From the NCBI GenBank assembly GCA_963789955.1, contig CAWBMV010000020.1, positions 1 through 64,000 on the forward strand: a stretch of DNA of 64,000 nucleotides, given 5' to 3'. The stretch comes from an uncultured Candidatus Rokubacteria bacterium. GTDB lineage: Bacteria > Methylomirabilota > Methylomirabilia > Rokubacteriales > CSP1-6. Positions 20,719-33,556 of the stretch are shown here, piece by piece. Numbering within the stretch: position 1 is the stretch's first letter; the number at the start of each line of letters is the position of its first letter. The notes beneath the pieces were generated by a model, which saw nothing but the letters and a program-made list of their open reading frames with translations, was not told the DNA's origin and searched no databases. Position numbers and translations under genes: made by a program.

Positions 20719-22641
20719 TCACCGAAAAAGAGAACAACGAGCACCTGATTCCGACCCGTTGGTCTTCGATCGGCACCCCACTGTGACTATGGAATCAGAT
20801 CCCTCGATCGCGTGGCCGTCAAAGGTCTGGCCAGTGAGAGAAGCCGAGGTATTCCCACATTGGACGCCCGGTCTTGGGTCTTGAAGTGGAGGATCAAATC
20901 GATGTCCCCGTCTCCATCCACATCGTCCAGGGCGAGTGCACCGGAGTAGCTTCAGTGCCGGTTGCACCAAAGCGGACCGTCGCCGGATTTACAGTGGTGG
21001 CATCAACAGTCTCAGTCGTTAGGATGGCCACCGGGATCAGACCTTTGCTCCTGGGGTTGATGGGGTTGGGGAACCCGCGAGCTTTGTGTCGATGGTCGCC
21101 TCAATGATGATGCTTCTCAATAGTTGGGCAATGGCCTGCCGCAAATCAGGACGCGGGCCGATATGCTCTGCAGTGTTCCCCAACTGCGCGCTTCCCGTCT
21201 TCGCGAGCAACGTCCGTGCTTCCAAAGAAGTCAGAGGCCTGCCCAACTGCTGGAGCGCGACGCCCTGCAGGTTCGCAACCGCCCCTGATACGATCGCTGA
21301 AGCACTGGACGTGCCGTTAAAACCATTCCAATACCAAAAGTCAGGGTTAGTCGGCTCATCTGGATTCCGATACAGGAAACCGTATCCTGTCGTCATGACA
21401 TTGCTTCCCCACCCTTGCAGATCAACGCGGCTACCGAAGGTGGAGAATGATAGGCGCATGCGGTCAAACCCACTAGTCGGCGGTGCTCCTGCGCCCACGA
21501 TGATCGCTCCCGAGTCCCGCACGGTCCGATCGAAAACGCCGCCGCAAGAAGCTTGATCCAGGTCCACACTCCCATTTCCGGCTGCCTCTATTACCACAAA
21601 CCCATTCGCGACCGCGGCTTGAATCGCATTGAAAACCGAGAAAAGCGATTCGATCGGCCCAAAGTTGCCCGAATTGCATACGGGGAACTGTTGCTCAAGC
21701 AGGATTACATCTCCTGCTGAACCATCAGCCACCGCTAAGAGAATGGCATTGGCTGGGTTGTAAAATGAGTTCGCAGTGTTAGCAGGAGCTAAGCCAATGT
21801 CGGCACCCCAGGAAATGCCCGTAACGCCCTTCGCATCGTTATCTGCGATCAATTCGCCGAGCACGGCTGTCCCATGGTTGTTATCACTAAACGGATCGAC
21901 GGCTGAATCGCCCGCGTTCAATAGCAAGGGAAGTCCGTGGGCCTTGCTCAGGTCCTCATGCGCTTGGTTCCAACTGTATTCAACGTCATAGATCTTGATC
22001 GCGCTGCCGTTACCTCCCGGAATCGTAAAGGAATAGCGAGCATCAATGCCCCCGGGGGCAGCATCGAGGTAACCTTGATTCGCCGTGAAGTCGGGCGTGA
22101 TCCCCGGCGGTGGAGCTGGTAGGGGTGCGGGTTCTGCAATCTCGACACTCTGCAAATGCTTCAGATTCTCAAGGAAGGCAGAAGCATCGGTACCCGGTTG
22201 CAAGGTAATCTGAAACCACAGATTCAAGTCGAACAGGGTCCTGCCCGAACGGCTTCTTCCCCTAGCCCGTATTTCGTTTAGCTTGTCCTTCGGCAAGCTA
22301 AAAAGCCTGGCGATCCTAGCCGCTGAGCTACTAAGGCCCGGGCCCAGCACTATGTGGGGGTGATCCACATTGGTGCCTTCCCGAAACTTGACGTGGATGG
22401 TCTCTGACGAGTAACCAGGAGGAATTGGCGGCGGGCCGGCAGCGGCGGAAGAACTAGCTATGGTCATCAGTACCAGAGCCAACAGAAAGACGCCGAACAC
22501 CCTGATAGGTCCCAATCTCGAGGCACGTGCGACTGTCGACTGGGAAGCCATTCGAGTTAGGGTTAAGTGCATCGGAATTCTCCGTGGTGTGCCGAGCACC
22601 CTTGTTTCGGCTCCGTCCGCCCTAGGGAGCCTCGTTTGCAT
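20719..22641 (-). CDS. S8 subtilisin-like serine protease with prodomain and frameshifted C-terminal domain
   Basis: Catalytic motifs IYDVEY (Asp), NNHGTAVLG (His), AAGNG, FNGTSSASAIVSG (Ser). Beyond 21070 other frames give NPINPRSKGLIPVAILTT and DVDGDGDIDLILHFKT, ending near 20719. Confidence 0.85.
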
Positions 22642-22650
22642 CGCGTATCC

Positions 22651-23145
22651 TTAATTGCTTTTCACCGGCGGTGGGCTTGGCAATGGCGCGTATTGCGCCG
22701 ACTCCACACTGTCCAAATGCTTAAGCTCGCCAAGAAAGCGAGCGGCGTCCACATCGGGCTTTAGCGTGATCTGGAACCAGAGATTCAAGTCTGCCAGCCT
22801 CCTACCCGAGCGGGTTTCTCCCTTGCGCCGTATGTTCTCTAGTTCTTGTTCCGGCAGGCTGAAGAGCCGCGTGATGCTCGCCACCGAGTCTCTAAGGTCA
22901 ACCGGCAGCAGCCTTTCAGGAGCATCCACCTGAATACCTTCCCGAAACTTCACGTGGATGATCTGCGACGAGTATCCTGGCGATACGCTTTTTGTTGAGG
23001 GCTCCAACGTCCCTAATTCCTCTTCGATCTGGTTCCTCGCTTCCCGCCCAATGTCCCCTATTCCAAATCGATCGGACGCAGCACGCACCCCACCACCCGG
23101 ACACATCAAGATCGTAAGCATCGCTACAAAAAAACCCGTTCGCAT
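22651..23145 (-). CDS. Secreted stand-alone homolog of the neighbouring subtilase prodomain
   Basis: PGYSSQIIHVKFREG..RLFSLP..DLNLWFQITL..LKHLDSVE..APLPSPPP aligns with the S8 N-terminus; has its own signal peptide and stop codon. Confidence 0.8.
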   Translation of the reverse strand: MRTGFFVAMLTILMCPGGGVRAASDRFGIGDIGREARNQIEEELGTLEPSTKSVSPGYSSQIIHVKFREGIQVDAPERLLPVDLRDSVASITRLFSLPEQELENIRRKGETRSGRRLADLNLWFQITLKPDVDAARFLGELKHLDSVESAQYAPLPSPPPVKSN

Positions 23146-23952
23146 GACCCGACCCTACAATGACCCGCCGGGCGCCACGATCACGCCCCGGACGCCGATG
23201 GCAATCGCCTACGCATTATTACGTATGACCGATACGGCATCATCCAGCGACACCCACGGGGCACTCGGCGCAGGTCCGTCGCAGTCGAGGTCAGCAGGTA
23301 GAACGCGATGCCCCGACGAGCGCCTGGCGATGACGAGGCGTTCGCCCTCAATCAGAGACTCTTGGCGAGTGCCATCTGACGAAATGGGGCCAGGCTTCCC
23401 GCGGCGGTAGATTCCATCGGCCGGTATCCAGACTGTTGGGTTACCGGTGAAAGCGTAAAACTTGACCTGCTTGGCCACTTGGCCCTGGTTTTCGATGAAG
23501 GCCGGCCGTCGTTCGCCACGATGAGTTAGCGATCGAGCGTCATGCAGGGATTGAGTTCCGCCCATGTTCCAGTTCCGACTTTCAGACTGCCGGTGTTGGC
23601 GATCGCAAAGGGCGTTGAACTCGACCGACACTCGAGCCAGGAAGAAGTAGCAAAAGCACCAGCCCGAGTTCTAAAGCGCTCCGAGCAGCCCCGTGGATAT
23701 GCTGACGTAACACGGAGGAGGTGAACGTGTGGCACCTCGTTCAATACTGCTCGCCGCGAAAACTACTAGAAAAGAACTTACAGCCGAACCGGCTCAGCCG
23801 CGGACTCGAACTGGTAGCTCGGCTCCTTGGCCCTCGGGTGAGGAATCTGTCGGGACAGTGGCAGGAGAATGAGCGGTCGTCGCGTGCCTGTCAAGAGGAC
23901 GATGAACACTTGATGGTTACGGGCTCGTCCTCCGATGCTGTTTGCGGAGCGA

Positions 23953-24180
23953 CTACCGAGAAGGGTGGTGTACCAGCGCCCAGCCGGATTTCTGGAGGTC
24001 CGTCATGATGTCGTGACGGCGCCGCTCGCCGTGGCGGCGCTCAGGCGTCGCCCGTTGATGGATTCGACGACGATCCCCTTTCCGGCGGTCGAGGATCACG
24101 TGGTGCTCGCTCTCGCTGACAAGTTTCATGTAGTTATAGGTGCCTGGTTTCGTACGTGACACGATCAATTGAATCTTCAC
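23953..24180 (-). CDS. Small DRR-motif hypothetical protein
   Basis: LIVSR..VILDRRKGDRRR..ERRHGERRR..GWALV; resembles the N-domain of 17931-19187. Confidence 0.55.
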   Translation of the reverse strand: MKIQLIVSRTKPGTYNYMKLVSESEHHVILDRRKGDRRRIHQRATPERRHGERRRHDIMTDLQKSGWALVHHPSR

Positions 24181-24465
24181 GCCCGCATGCTCACGGCAGC
24201 GCGAGCGGGGGCGTTGGTCGCCGTTCGACTCGCTGGCGAAGAGATGATCGTCAGGCCCGAGGACACGCTGCGCGCGGCGGGCATCAGCACTACCCGACAC
24301 GCGCGATATCTGCGGCGAATGCCGAGTCCTGTGGCGAGGCGATAGCGCGCAGCCTCTTGGCATTCCACAGCTGGAAGCATTGGACGTGCAACTCGATAGA
24401 CCCCGGACCCGCGAGAGTGCTGCCCGTCATCACGAACTGAGCCATCGTAATGCGCTCCGGCAAAT

Positions 24466-24714
24466 CTACCGCCCGCGCCGACTCTCAAACATCCCGAACA
24501 GGAGGAGGACGAGGGCGGCGTCCCTGTCACGGTCCTCGACAACGCTCCGTCGGACTTCAGCGCCCGAGCCTGACACGACCGGCTCGGCGGCCGCAGGGAG
24601 CGCCTGACCAGCGTTCTCCAGACCGATAGTGAGGCCCACAGAACTCACGCCGGAGGATACGAGCAGCACGCTCACGATGGCGAGGATCACAGCGACGACG
24701 TCAAGGAACTTCAT
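24466..24714 (-). CDS. Small membrane/secreted protein; paralog of 25038-25307
   Basis: VAVILAIVSVLLVSS..ALPAAAEPVVSGSGAEV shared with the neighbour. Confidence 0.6.
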   Translation of the reverse strand: MKFLDVVAVILAIVSVLLVSSGVSSVGLTIGLENAGQALPAAAEPVVSGSGAEVRRSVVEDRDRDAALVLLLFGMFESRRGR

Positions 24715-25037
24715 TCTTTAGTCTCCAGCCAGATGGCACGCGACAATTGCGCCCGCCGGAGCTCGAAGTCAACCGGCTAACAGTCGTACGTGCTTCGTAC
24801 CTATGACTCATGAGCATCATCCGACGTGGTAGGTGGTCCTCGTGGAGTGAGGCCGATAGGCCATGCCCCAGGACTTACGTCGCTTTTAGCGCCTCCCACG
24901 CCGCCCGCTGCGTCGCGCGCCACGGCGTACGCGCGCATCCGGTGCCGGTCGTGCTCGTCGGCGAGTGCTCCATCCCCGTCGTATAGAACGTCGCGCCGCT
25001 CAAGAAGGTCGCGGGATTGCCCTTGACCTTGACGCTC

Positions 25038-25307
25038 TCAGCGGCGCCCACCGTCTCCCAACATTTGGAGCAGGAGGAGGATGCCGAGGGCGTCCCTTTT
25101 GTCACGGTTCTCCTCGACGCTCCGTTGGACTTCAGCGCCCGAGCCTGACACGACCGGCTCGGCGGCCGCAGGGAGCGCCGGACCGGCGTTAGCCGGGTCG
25201 AGCGCGTGACCCACAGGCACCAGGTCGGAGGATACGAGCAGCACGCTCACAATGGCGAGGATCACAGCAACTCCGAGGAACCTCCGCGCTCGAGTTGTGA
25301 GGTTCAT
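25038..25307 (-). CDS. Small membrane/secreted protein; paralog of 24466-24714
   Basis: GGAGG SD; same conserved blocks as its paralog. Confidence 0.6.
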   Translation of the reverse strand: MNLTTRARRFLGVAVILAIVSVLLVSSDLVPVGHALDPANAGPALPAAAEPVVSGSGAEVQRSVEENRDKRDALGILLLLQMLGDGGRR

Positions 25308-25744
25308 GGTCGTTTCTCGCCTCCTCCCGCGCGTAAGGTAGTGCTTCTCGCATGCCAACAAGAAATCCGCTGGAAAACGCACGGCTTTCAACGAGAGCTG
25401 GCGCGTAGCGATAGGTACGGGTGGAGGCGTCGCCGCCTCAGTTGAGGCGGTTGGTCCGCTGCAGGAGTTTGCAGAAGCCGGACGCCACGGACGGGACGAC
25501 GATCTCGCGGGACGCGCCGACCTCGACTCGACCTAAGCGGGTTGTACCGAGACCCCCGCGCGTCGCGTGCCACGGCGTGCGCTCCCACGCGGTGCCCGTC
25601 GCGCTCGTCGGCGAGTGCTCCATGCCAGTCATGTAGAAGGTCGCCCGCCAGCCGCGCTCGTCGTGGCGAACGTTCGGCATCAGCCTCGGCCGGAGGCCGT
25701 CGGCTGGATGCCGTGGTTCGACCCCGTGAAGCCAGCCCCGTTTC

Positions 25745-26119
25745 CTACAACTGGCCAAAGGCCGGCTCGGTCTCCAGGAATAGGTGGTTGCGGCCCGGCA
25801 AGGCGACGAAGCGGGCGCCGGGGATGCCGGCGGCCATGCGGCGCCCGGTTTCGAAGGGGACCTGGGCATCATCGCGCGCGTGTAGCGGGTTCTCTTGGCC
25901 CCAGCCCAGGCGTAGCCCGAGCACAGTGACGGTCTGGCCCTCGATCCACCCGAGCTTCCGCAACTCCTGGCGAAACTGGTCGAGAGCTGGGAGCAGGTCC
26001 GCGGACGGCAGTCCCGCAAGGATGCCGATTCCAGGTACCTGCCGCTCCTGGGCTACGGCGACGAGCGGTGCAAGAGTAAGACAGAGAATGAGAGTGAGAA
26101 CGAGCCCGATCAGCCGCAT
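25745..26119 (-). pseudogene. Chimera of an ABC substrate-binding 5' fragment and an alpha/beta-hydrolase C-terminal fragment
   Basis: MRLIGLVLTL..FRQELRKLGWIEGQTV joined to LHARDDAQVPFETGRRMAAGIPGARFVALPGRNH. Confidence 0.65.
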
Positions 26120-26499
26120 GAGCACCTCGTGGAGGATGGCTGGCGGAGTCTAGCTGAATACGCGGTGGTGCGTCATGCAGCTTTCTTTGCCGCGTTGTCG
26201 AACTGAACGCACATGGCCCACGGCATACCGTCACGGACGTGGATTCGTATGCTCACCACGCCTGTAGCGTGATGGCTCATCACCTCGCCCAGGAGGTCGA
26301 GGAACGCACCGCCGTCGAAATTCCTTTCGTGCTCCATAACTCGCCCTCACAAGCTACTCACGTCGGACGGGCACCGCATGGTTGGGGATGGCTGGCGGGA
26401 AGTCTAGCAGACCTCTTGGCGTTCGGGCTCGGGGCCCGGAGTTGGCCGCGTCGGTCGAGCACGGGCTATTCGATCACTGGTCCGTCCGCTTGCAGTACC

Positions 26500-26893
26500 T
26501 CAGAGCCAACGCCGCACCGCCTCCGCCGTATCGCTCGGCTTCGTGTTGAAGCACAGCTTGGCTTGAGGAGCGTGTTCATGCACGACGTTGACGAGCTTCT
26601 CAAATAGCAAGAACTTGCTTGGCATCGTGCGTATGCCTGCCCCGATGAGGACGCAATCGAAGAGCTTCTGCTTGAGTTGGCTACGAACAACTGCCTCAGC
26701 AGTTTCACCGAAGTCGGTTATAACACATTTGCACGTCATAGCCGAGGCGAGACAATTCGTCCTCCGAGGACTTGAGGCCGGCTAGTACCTTGGTGGCGTC
26801 CAGGCCCAGGCCCGTGGAAGCGTAGTCGGGGTGCGAGAAGTCAATCAGTGTTGGTTCCAGACCAATCACAAGAACAGTTTTCTTGTCTGTCAC
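26500..26893 (-). CDS. Conserved hypothetical protein (one frameshift), lying between the 5' and 3' ends of an ABC SBP gene
   Basis: GGAGG SD; KTVLVIGLEP..LGYDVQMC then TDFGETAEAVV..FDCVLIGAGIR..FEKLVNVVHEHAPQAKLCFNTKPSDTAEAVRRWL. Confidence 0.7.
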
Positions 26894-27081
26894 AACTACC
26901 TCCATCTAGAGCGAGTTGACCACGACACATCATTACGCCGGGCTCCTGTGCTTCAGCAGCGAGCGGCGCGAGAACGAGGCTGAGAGCGAGAACGAGCCCG
27001 ATCAGCCGCGTGAGCCCGTCGATGGGATGGCTGGCGGAAGTCTAGCAGACCGGAATTTACCCTCGCGCGAGGGGCCAAAAA

Positions 27082-29350
<2,269 letters not shown>

Positions 29351-29437
29351 CGGTCTCCCCTTTGCCGCTTTCACGGCCGCGGCCGAGGACAGGCTAGGCG
29401 AACGCGTCCGCCTGGGCAAGTGAGCGGGCTGGAGGAT

Positions 29438-30890
29438 TGTCGGGAGTACATGATCTGTCCGCTCCCGAGAGCAAATGATCTGACCGCTCCCAGCCGGCAG
29501 CCGGGCTGTCATGCCCACCGAGGAGGTGGGGATGACCTACACCCAGGCTGCAGTGGAGCGGGCCGTGAAGGTTCACGAGGTGCTTATGCAGGCGCTCAGC
29601 GGACGGCAGCCCTGGATTCACGTGGCGGAGGTGTTGGGCGTCAGCGCTCGCACGGTGCGGCGGTTGCGCTGGCGGTACGAGCAGTACGGGTTCACCGGGC
29701 TCTACGACCACCGGCCGCGCACGCCCTCGCCGCGGGCGGTGCCGCTGGCCGAGGTGCAGCGGCTGCTCGCGCTCTACCGCGACCGCTACGGACCGCGCGA
29801 CGGGCACCCCGGGTTCAACGTGCGGCACTTCTATCAGATCGCCCGGCGGGAGCACGGCGTGCAGGTGTCCTACTCGTTCGTGAAGACGGCGCTGCAGGCG
29901 GCCGGGCTGGTCCCCAAGCGGCGGCCGCGGGGCGGCATCGGCGCGCCGCGCGCCCTGCTTCGGCGAACTGCTGCATCTCGACGGCAGCCGACATCAGTGG
30001 CTCGCGCTCGTGCCGGACACCTGGCAGACGCTCATCGTCGTCGTCGATGACGCCACCAAGCGGCTGCTCTACGCCCAGCTCGTGGAGGACGAGGGCGGGC
30101 GAGAGCACCGCGGTCATCATGACGGCGCTGTGGACGGTGCTCGAGACTCTACGGCATCCCCGGGGCGCTCTACACCGACCGCGCGGGGTGGGCCGTCTAC
30201 ACGCCGACCTCGGGCACCGCCCCCGATCGCAGCAAGCTCACCCAGGTGGGCCGCGCCCTGGCCCAGCTCGGCATCGAGCACATCGTGGGCTTCTCGCCCC
30301 AGGCGCGCGGCCGCAGCGAGCGCGCCAACGGCACCCTGCAGGGGCGCCTCGTCAACGAGCTCCGGGTGGCCGAGATCCGCACGGTGGCCGCGGCCAACCG
30401 CTATCTGCGCGACCGGTTCATCCCCGATTACAACGCCAGCTTCGCTCACGCCCCCGCCGATCCCACGAGTGCCTTCGTCCCCGTCGGCCGCCATGACCTC
30501 AATCAGATCCTGTGTCACGAAGAGGAGCGCGTGGTGGCGCGCGACAACACCGTCCGCCTCGACGGCGTGTTCTTGCAGATCGACAAGCAACGCGGCCGCC
30601 GCAGCTGCGCGAGCCTGCGCGTGCTCGTGCGCCGGCATCTCAATGGCCAGCAGTCCGTGTGGTGGGGGCCGCGGTGTCTCGGCCGTTACACCGGCGACGG
30701 CCGGCTCCTACCACCTCGTTCTGGGAGTACCGACATAGCGGCCCCCTGCGCGATCGCGCCTCCTGGGGCCAATACGCGCGTGCCCCCTCGACACGCTCGC
30801 ACGAATCGGGGCCGTCGTCGGCGCCCCGCCTCGGTTTAAGCGGACAGATCACGTGTCAAACACGAGCGGTCAGATCACTTGTCAACGACA
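29438..30890 (+). mobile_element. IS element, IS1202-like (ISNCY) DDE transposase, frameshifted
   Basis: Ends TGTCG..TGATCTGTCCGCTC and GAGCGGTCAGATCA..CGACA, each with a second internal copy of the repeat. Transposase motifs GELLHLDGS, VVDDATKR, YTDR, SPQARGRSERANGTLQGRL. Flanked by GTGAGCGGGCTGGAGGAT at 29420-29437 and 30891-30908. Confidence 0.9.
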
Positions 30891-31222
30891 GTGAGCGGGC
30901 TGGAGGATATGCTCGGGCCGGCTCTTGACCGCGGCAACGGAAAGCCGCTTTTGCCGCCCGCGCAGAAATTTTCTGGGACCCCTTTCGCGGCGGATGGGAC
31001 CCGCCCGGAGTGAGGCTCATGCCAGGGTCGATGTTACTGAGACTCCGGGGATCTTCGATCCACCCCACCGGGGGTGGGGGTGCCCCGACTAGGCACCGGT
31101 AGAGTCCGTGGCCACTTCGTTGCCATTCGATAGGGTGATTCCGGGGGATTGTGGGGGGTTTCTTGGGCGAGTGAGGACACCCGCGTATTGCGCGGGAAAT
31201 AGCGAAGTGTGCAGGACTTTGG

Positions 31223-31301
31223 TGGTGACCCCGGCGGGATTCGAACCCGCGATCTCGACCTTGAAAGGGTCGCGTCCTGGGCCAGGCTAGACGACGGGGT
31301 C
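31223..31301 (-). tRNA. tRNA-Glu (UUC)
   Basis: Reverse complement folds as a cloverleaf: acceptor GACCCCG/CGGGGTC, anticodon arm CGACC-CTTTCAA-GGTCG, T arm GCGGG-TTCGAAT-CCCGC, encoded CCA. Confidence 0.96.
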
Positions 31302-31323
31302 AGCGACCGTCAGTATACCCGAG

Positions 31324-31860
31324 CTAAGGCTGCACTCTCAGATTCGGGTGTCGCAGCCAGAAGTAGCTGCCCATCGCCGTCGCCGCCAAGAGATTGGCCA
31401 CCAGGATCGCCGGCCACGCGAGAGCGCGCAGCACGGGCTCCGCGAACAGCATCGCGGCCGCGATGAACCCGAACTCGAACAGCACGAACAGCATCAGGAT
31501 GCCGAAGCCCGCGTTGGGCTGCTGCTCGGCGATCGCCAGCAGGCGCGCGACGATGCCGCCGACCACGATGAACGCCAGGCCGTGGACCCACGTGAACATC
31601 AGCACCATCTCGAGATTCGGCACCGCGTCGAGCCATGGCGCGGCGCCGCGATGGAAGAGCGCGGCGCCGAGGACCGTCGGCGTGTAAAGGGGACGGCCCT
31701 GGATCGAGTCGATGATCAGGAACCAGAAAGCAACCGTGGCCGCGCCGACGAGTCCGGCGATCAAGCCCTCCTGGTAGAGCCGCGTGACGTCGCGCGAAGC
31801 TGGAGGAGACTCCTCGGTCTGGGAAGGACGCTCGGTGGTCGCGCCGGTTTGAGCGGTCAT
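31324..31860 (-). CDS. Integral membrane hypothetical protein
   Basis: Four to five hydrophobic segments; GGAG SD. Confidence 0.75.
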   Translation of the reverse strand: MTAQTGATTERPSQTEESPPASRDVTRLYQEGLIAGLVGAATVAFWFLIIDSIQGRPLYTPTVLGAALFHRGAAPWLDAVPNLEMVLMFTWVHGLAFIVVGGIVARLLAIAEQQPNAGFGILMLFVLFEFGFIAAAMLFAEPVLRALAWPAILVANLLAATAMGSYFWLRHPNLRVQP

Positions 31861-31974
31861 CACCCTCTCCTTTCTGGGTGGCGAACCGACCCGTTCGACG
31901 GATGGATGATTATACCGCCGGGCGTCTGTCGTCTGCTCGAGCGCCGGCCAGGCGCGCCCTGGAGGCCGCGTGGA

Positions 31975-32358
31975 TCACGGCGCGTCGCTTCCGAAGGCGA
32001 AGCGGAAGCTGTTGATGCCGACGCGGAAACTTGTCGCGCCGGGGACGACCGGCACGCGGGCCTTGAAGGGCCTGTTGCCGCGAGCGGGCACCGTGCCGAC
32101 GAACGGGATTCCTTGCGCCAGCACTTTGCCCGACTGATCGATCGCGGCGACGTTCACGTAGACGTCGATGACATCGACCGAGCCGTCGTTGTAGACGTGG
32201 CCCGAAATCTCGGTCGAGGTCGGCCCCGTCTTGTCGACGGTATGCGTCACCCGGAGATTCGACGGAGCTTGCGCCGCCACCGGAGTCGCGGCCGCGACGA
32301 CAGTGCATGCGCAGAAGAACAGGCGGCGCCACGCTGCGCGCGTCACGATACGAAACAT
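31975..32358 (-). CDS. FxLYD-domain secreted protein
   Basis: Signal peptide; ISGHVYNDGSVDVIDVYVNVAAIDQSGKVL. Confidence 0.65.
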   Translation of the reverse strand: MFRIVTRAAWRRLFFCACTVVAAATPVAAQAPSNLRVTHTVDKTGPTSTEISGHVYNDGSVDVIDVYVNVAAIDQSGKVLAQGIPFVGTVPARGNRPFKARVPVVPGATSFRVGINSFRFAFGSDAP

Positions 32359-32484
32359 CTTACGTGAGAACAGTCCCCTCTGGCGCGGCGAGCGCGCCCG
32401 CCGCATGATAGCGCAGGTCGCCCCGCGATCGCCGTGGTACGCTCAGCGGAGAACGGTCCGCGCAGTCCCGCGGGGAGAAGATTC

Positions 32485-32943
32485 ATGGCCAACGAAGAAC
32501 CGGAAGTTCTGATGCCGTTAGACGACCGGGCCGCCGGCGAGTTCGTCTCTCAGCCGGCGAAGCTCCTGCGAATCGCCGCGATGATCCGCGAGCTCCTGGA
32601 AGAAGTGCGCAAATCTTCGCCGGACGAAGCGGGGCGCAGGCGCCTGCGCTCGATTTACCAGAAGTCGTTGACCTCGCTGAAGGACGGCTTGTCGCCGGAT
32701 CTGCAAAAAGAGCTCGAGACGCTCACCTTGCCGCTCGACGGCACCTCGGGCGAATCCGAGATTCGCCTCGCACAGGCCCAGCTGGTCGGCTGGCTCGAAG
32801 GATTGTTCCACGGCATTCAGGCCGCGCTGTGGGCGCAACACGCGCAAGCGCGCGCTGGTCTCGAGGAGATGCGCCGCCGTGGTCTGCCGCCAGGCGCACC
32901 CGAGGGGCCCGGCGGGGATCATCGGCCCGGGCAGTACCTGTAG
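32485..32943 (+). CDS. bpa: Bacterial proteasome activator Bpa/PafE (DUF2587)
   Basis: QPAKLLRIAAMIRELLEEVR, LSPDLQKEL, EIRLAQAQLVGWLEGLFHGIQAAL, and the diagnostic C-terminal GQYL. Confidence 0.92.
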   Translation: MANEEPEVLMPLDDRAAGEFVSQPAKLLRIAAMIRELLEEVRKSSPDEAGRRRLRSIYQKSLTSLKDGLSPDLQKELETLTLPLDGTSGESEIRLAQAQLVGWLEGLFHGIQAALWAQHAQARAGLEEMRRRGLPPGAPEGPGGDHRPGQYL

Positions 32944-32949
32944 TTCGTC

Positions 32950-33167
32950 CACAGTAGGCCCGTGCCCCCTGTTTTCAGCACTGACGCGAGAGTCCACTCT
33001 TCCTTCGGCAGGCCCCCGCCCTGGCCCTGGAACGCGACCGTCGTCATGCCGCTGCGGTTGGGGATACGGGAGTCGCCGTAACCGAAGTCATCGGAAAGGA
33101 TGAGGATGATGTTCGGCTTCTGTTGTGCCTGCGCAGGCGACCGGCCCACCAGCATGCCGGCGAGCAC
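32950..33167 (-). pseudogene. Arylsulfatase N-terminal remnant with internal deletion
   Basis: KPNIILILSDDFGYGD joined to RIPNRSGMTTVAFQGQGGGLP..EWTLASVLK. Confidence 0.7.
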
Positions 33168-33382
33168 GGAACAGCTACCCTCGGAAAAGACCCCGGAACG
33201 ATTCCGAGACTCCGCTGACTGGCTGTTCTAGCGGGGTTGACGAGTCGTGGATCAATACGACCTTTGTCTCAGCCATACACCCTCGTCCACTCTGACGGGC
33301 AGCATTAGATAGGAAGGGTTCCGATCAATAGGGATTACCCTAGAGCTAGTGTCGATGGCCTACCCGGTCCGGTGAGTTAGTA

Positions 33383-33550
33383 GTGCGCGTGCGTGCCTGG
33401 CTTTGTGTGATCGCGGGCATCTTGCTCGTCGTCGCCGCGTTTTTCATCACGGCGAAAGCGCCCACCTTCAACCCGTGGCCAAGCCTCGTCGTAGGCTTCG
33501 GTCTGACAGCCCTCGGGATCGTCTTTCGTGCGATCCGAAAGGAATCATAA
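33383..33550 (+). CDS. Small two-TM protein (55 aa)
   Basis: Manual translation: AWLCVIAGILLVVAAFFITAKAPTFNPWPSLVVGFGLTALGIVFRAIRKES. Confidence 0.4.
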   Translation: MRVRAWLCVIAGILLVVAAFFITAKAPTFNPWPSLVVGFGLTALGIVFRAIRKES

Positions 33551-33556
33551 AGCTCA

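Noticed and set aside
23400..23520. PAFIENQGQVAKQVKFYA fragment resembling the N-terminus of beta-propeller surface proteins
   Set aside because: Too short, with no start or continuation; at most a remnant.
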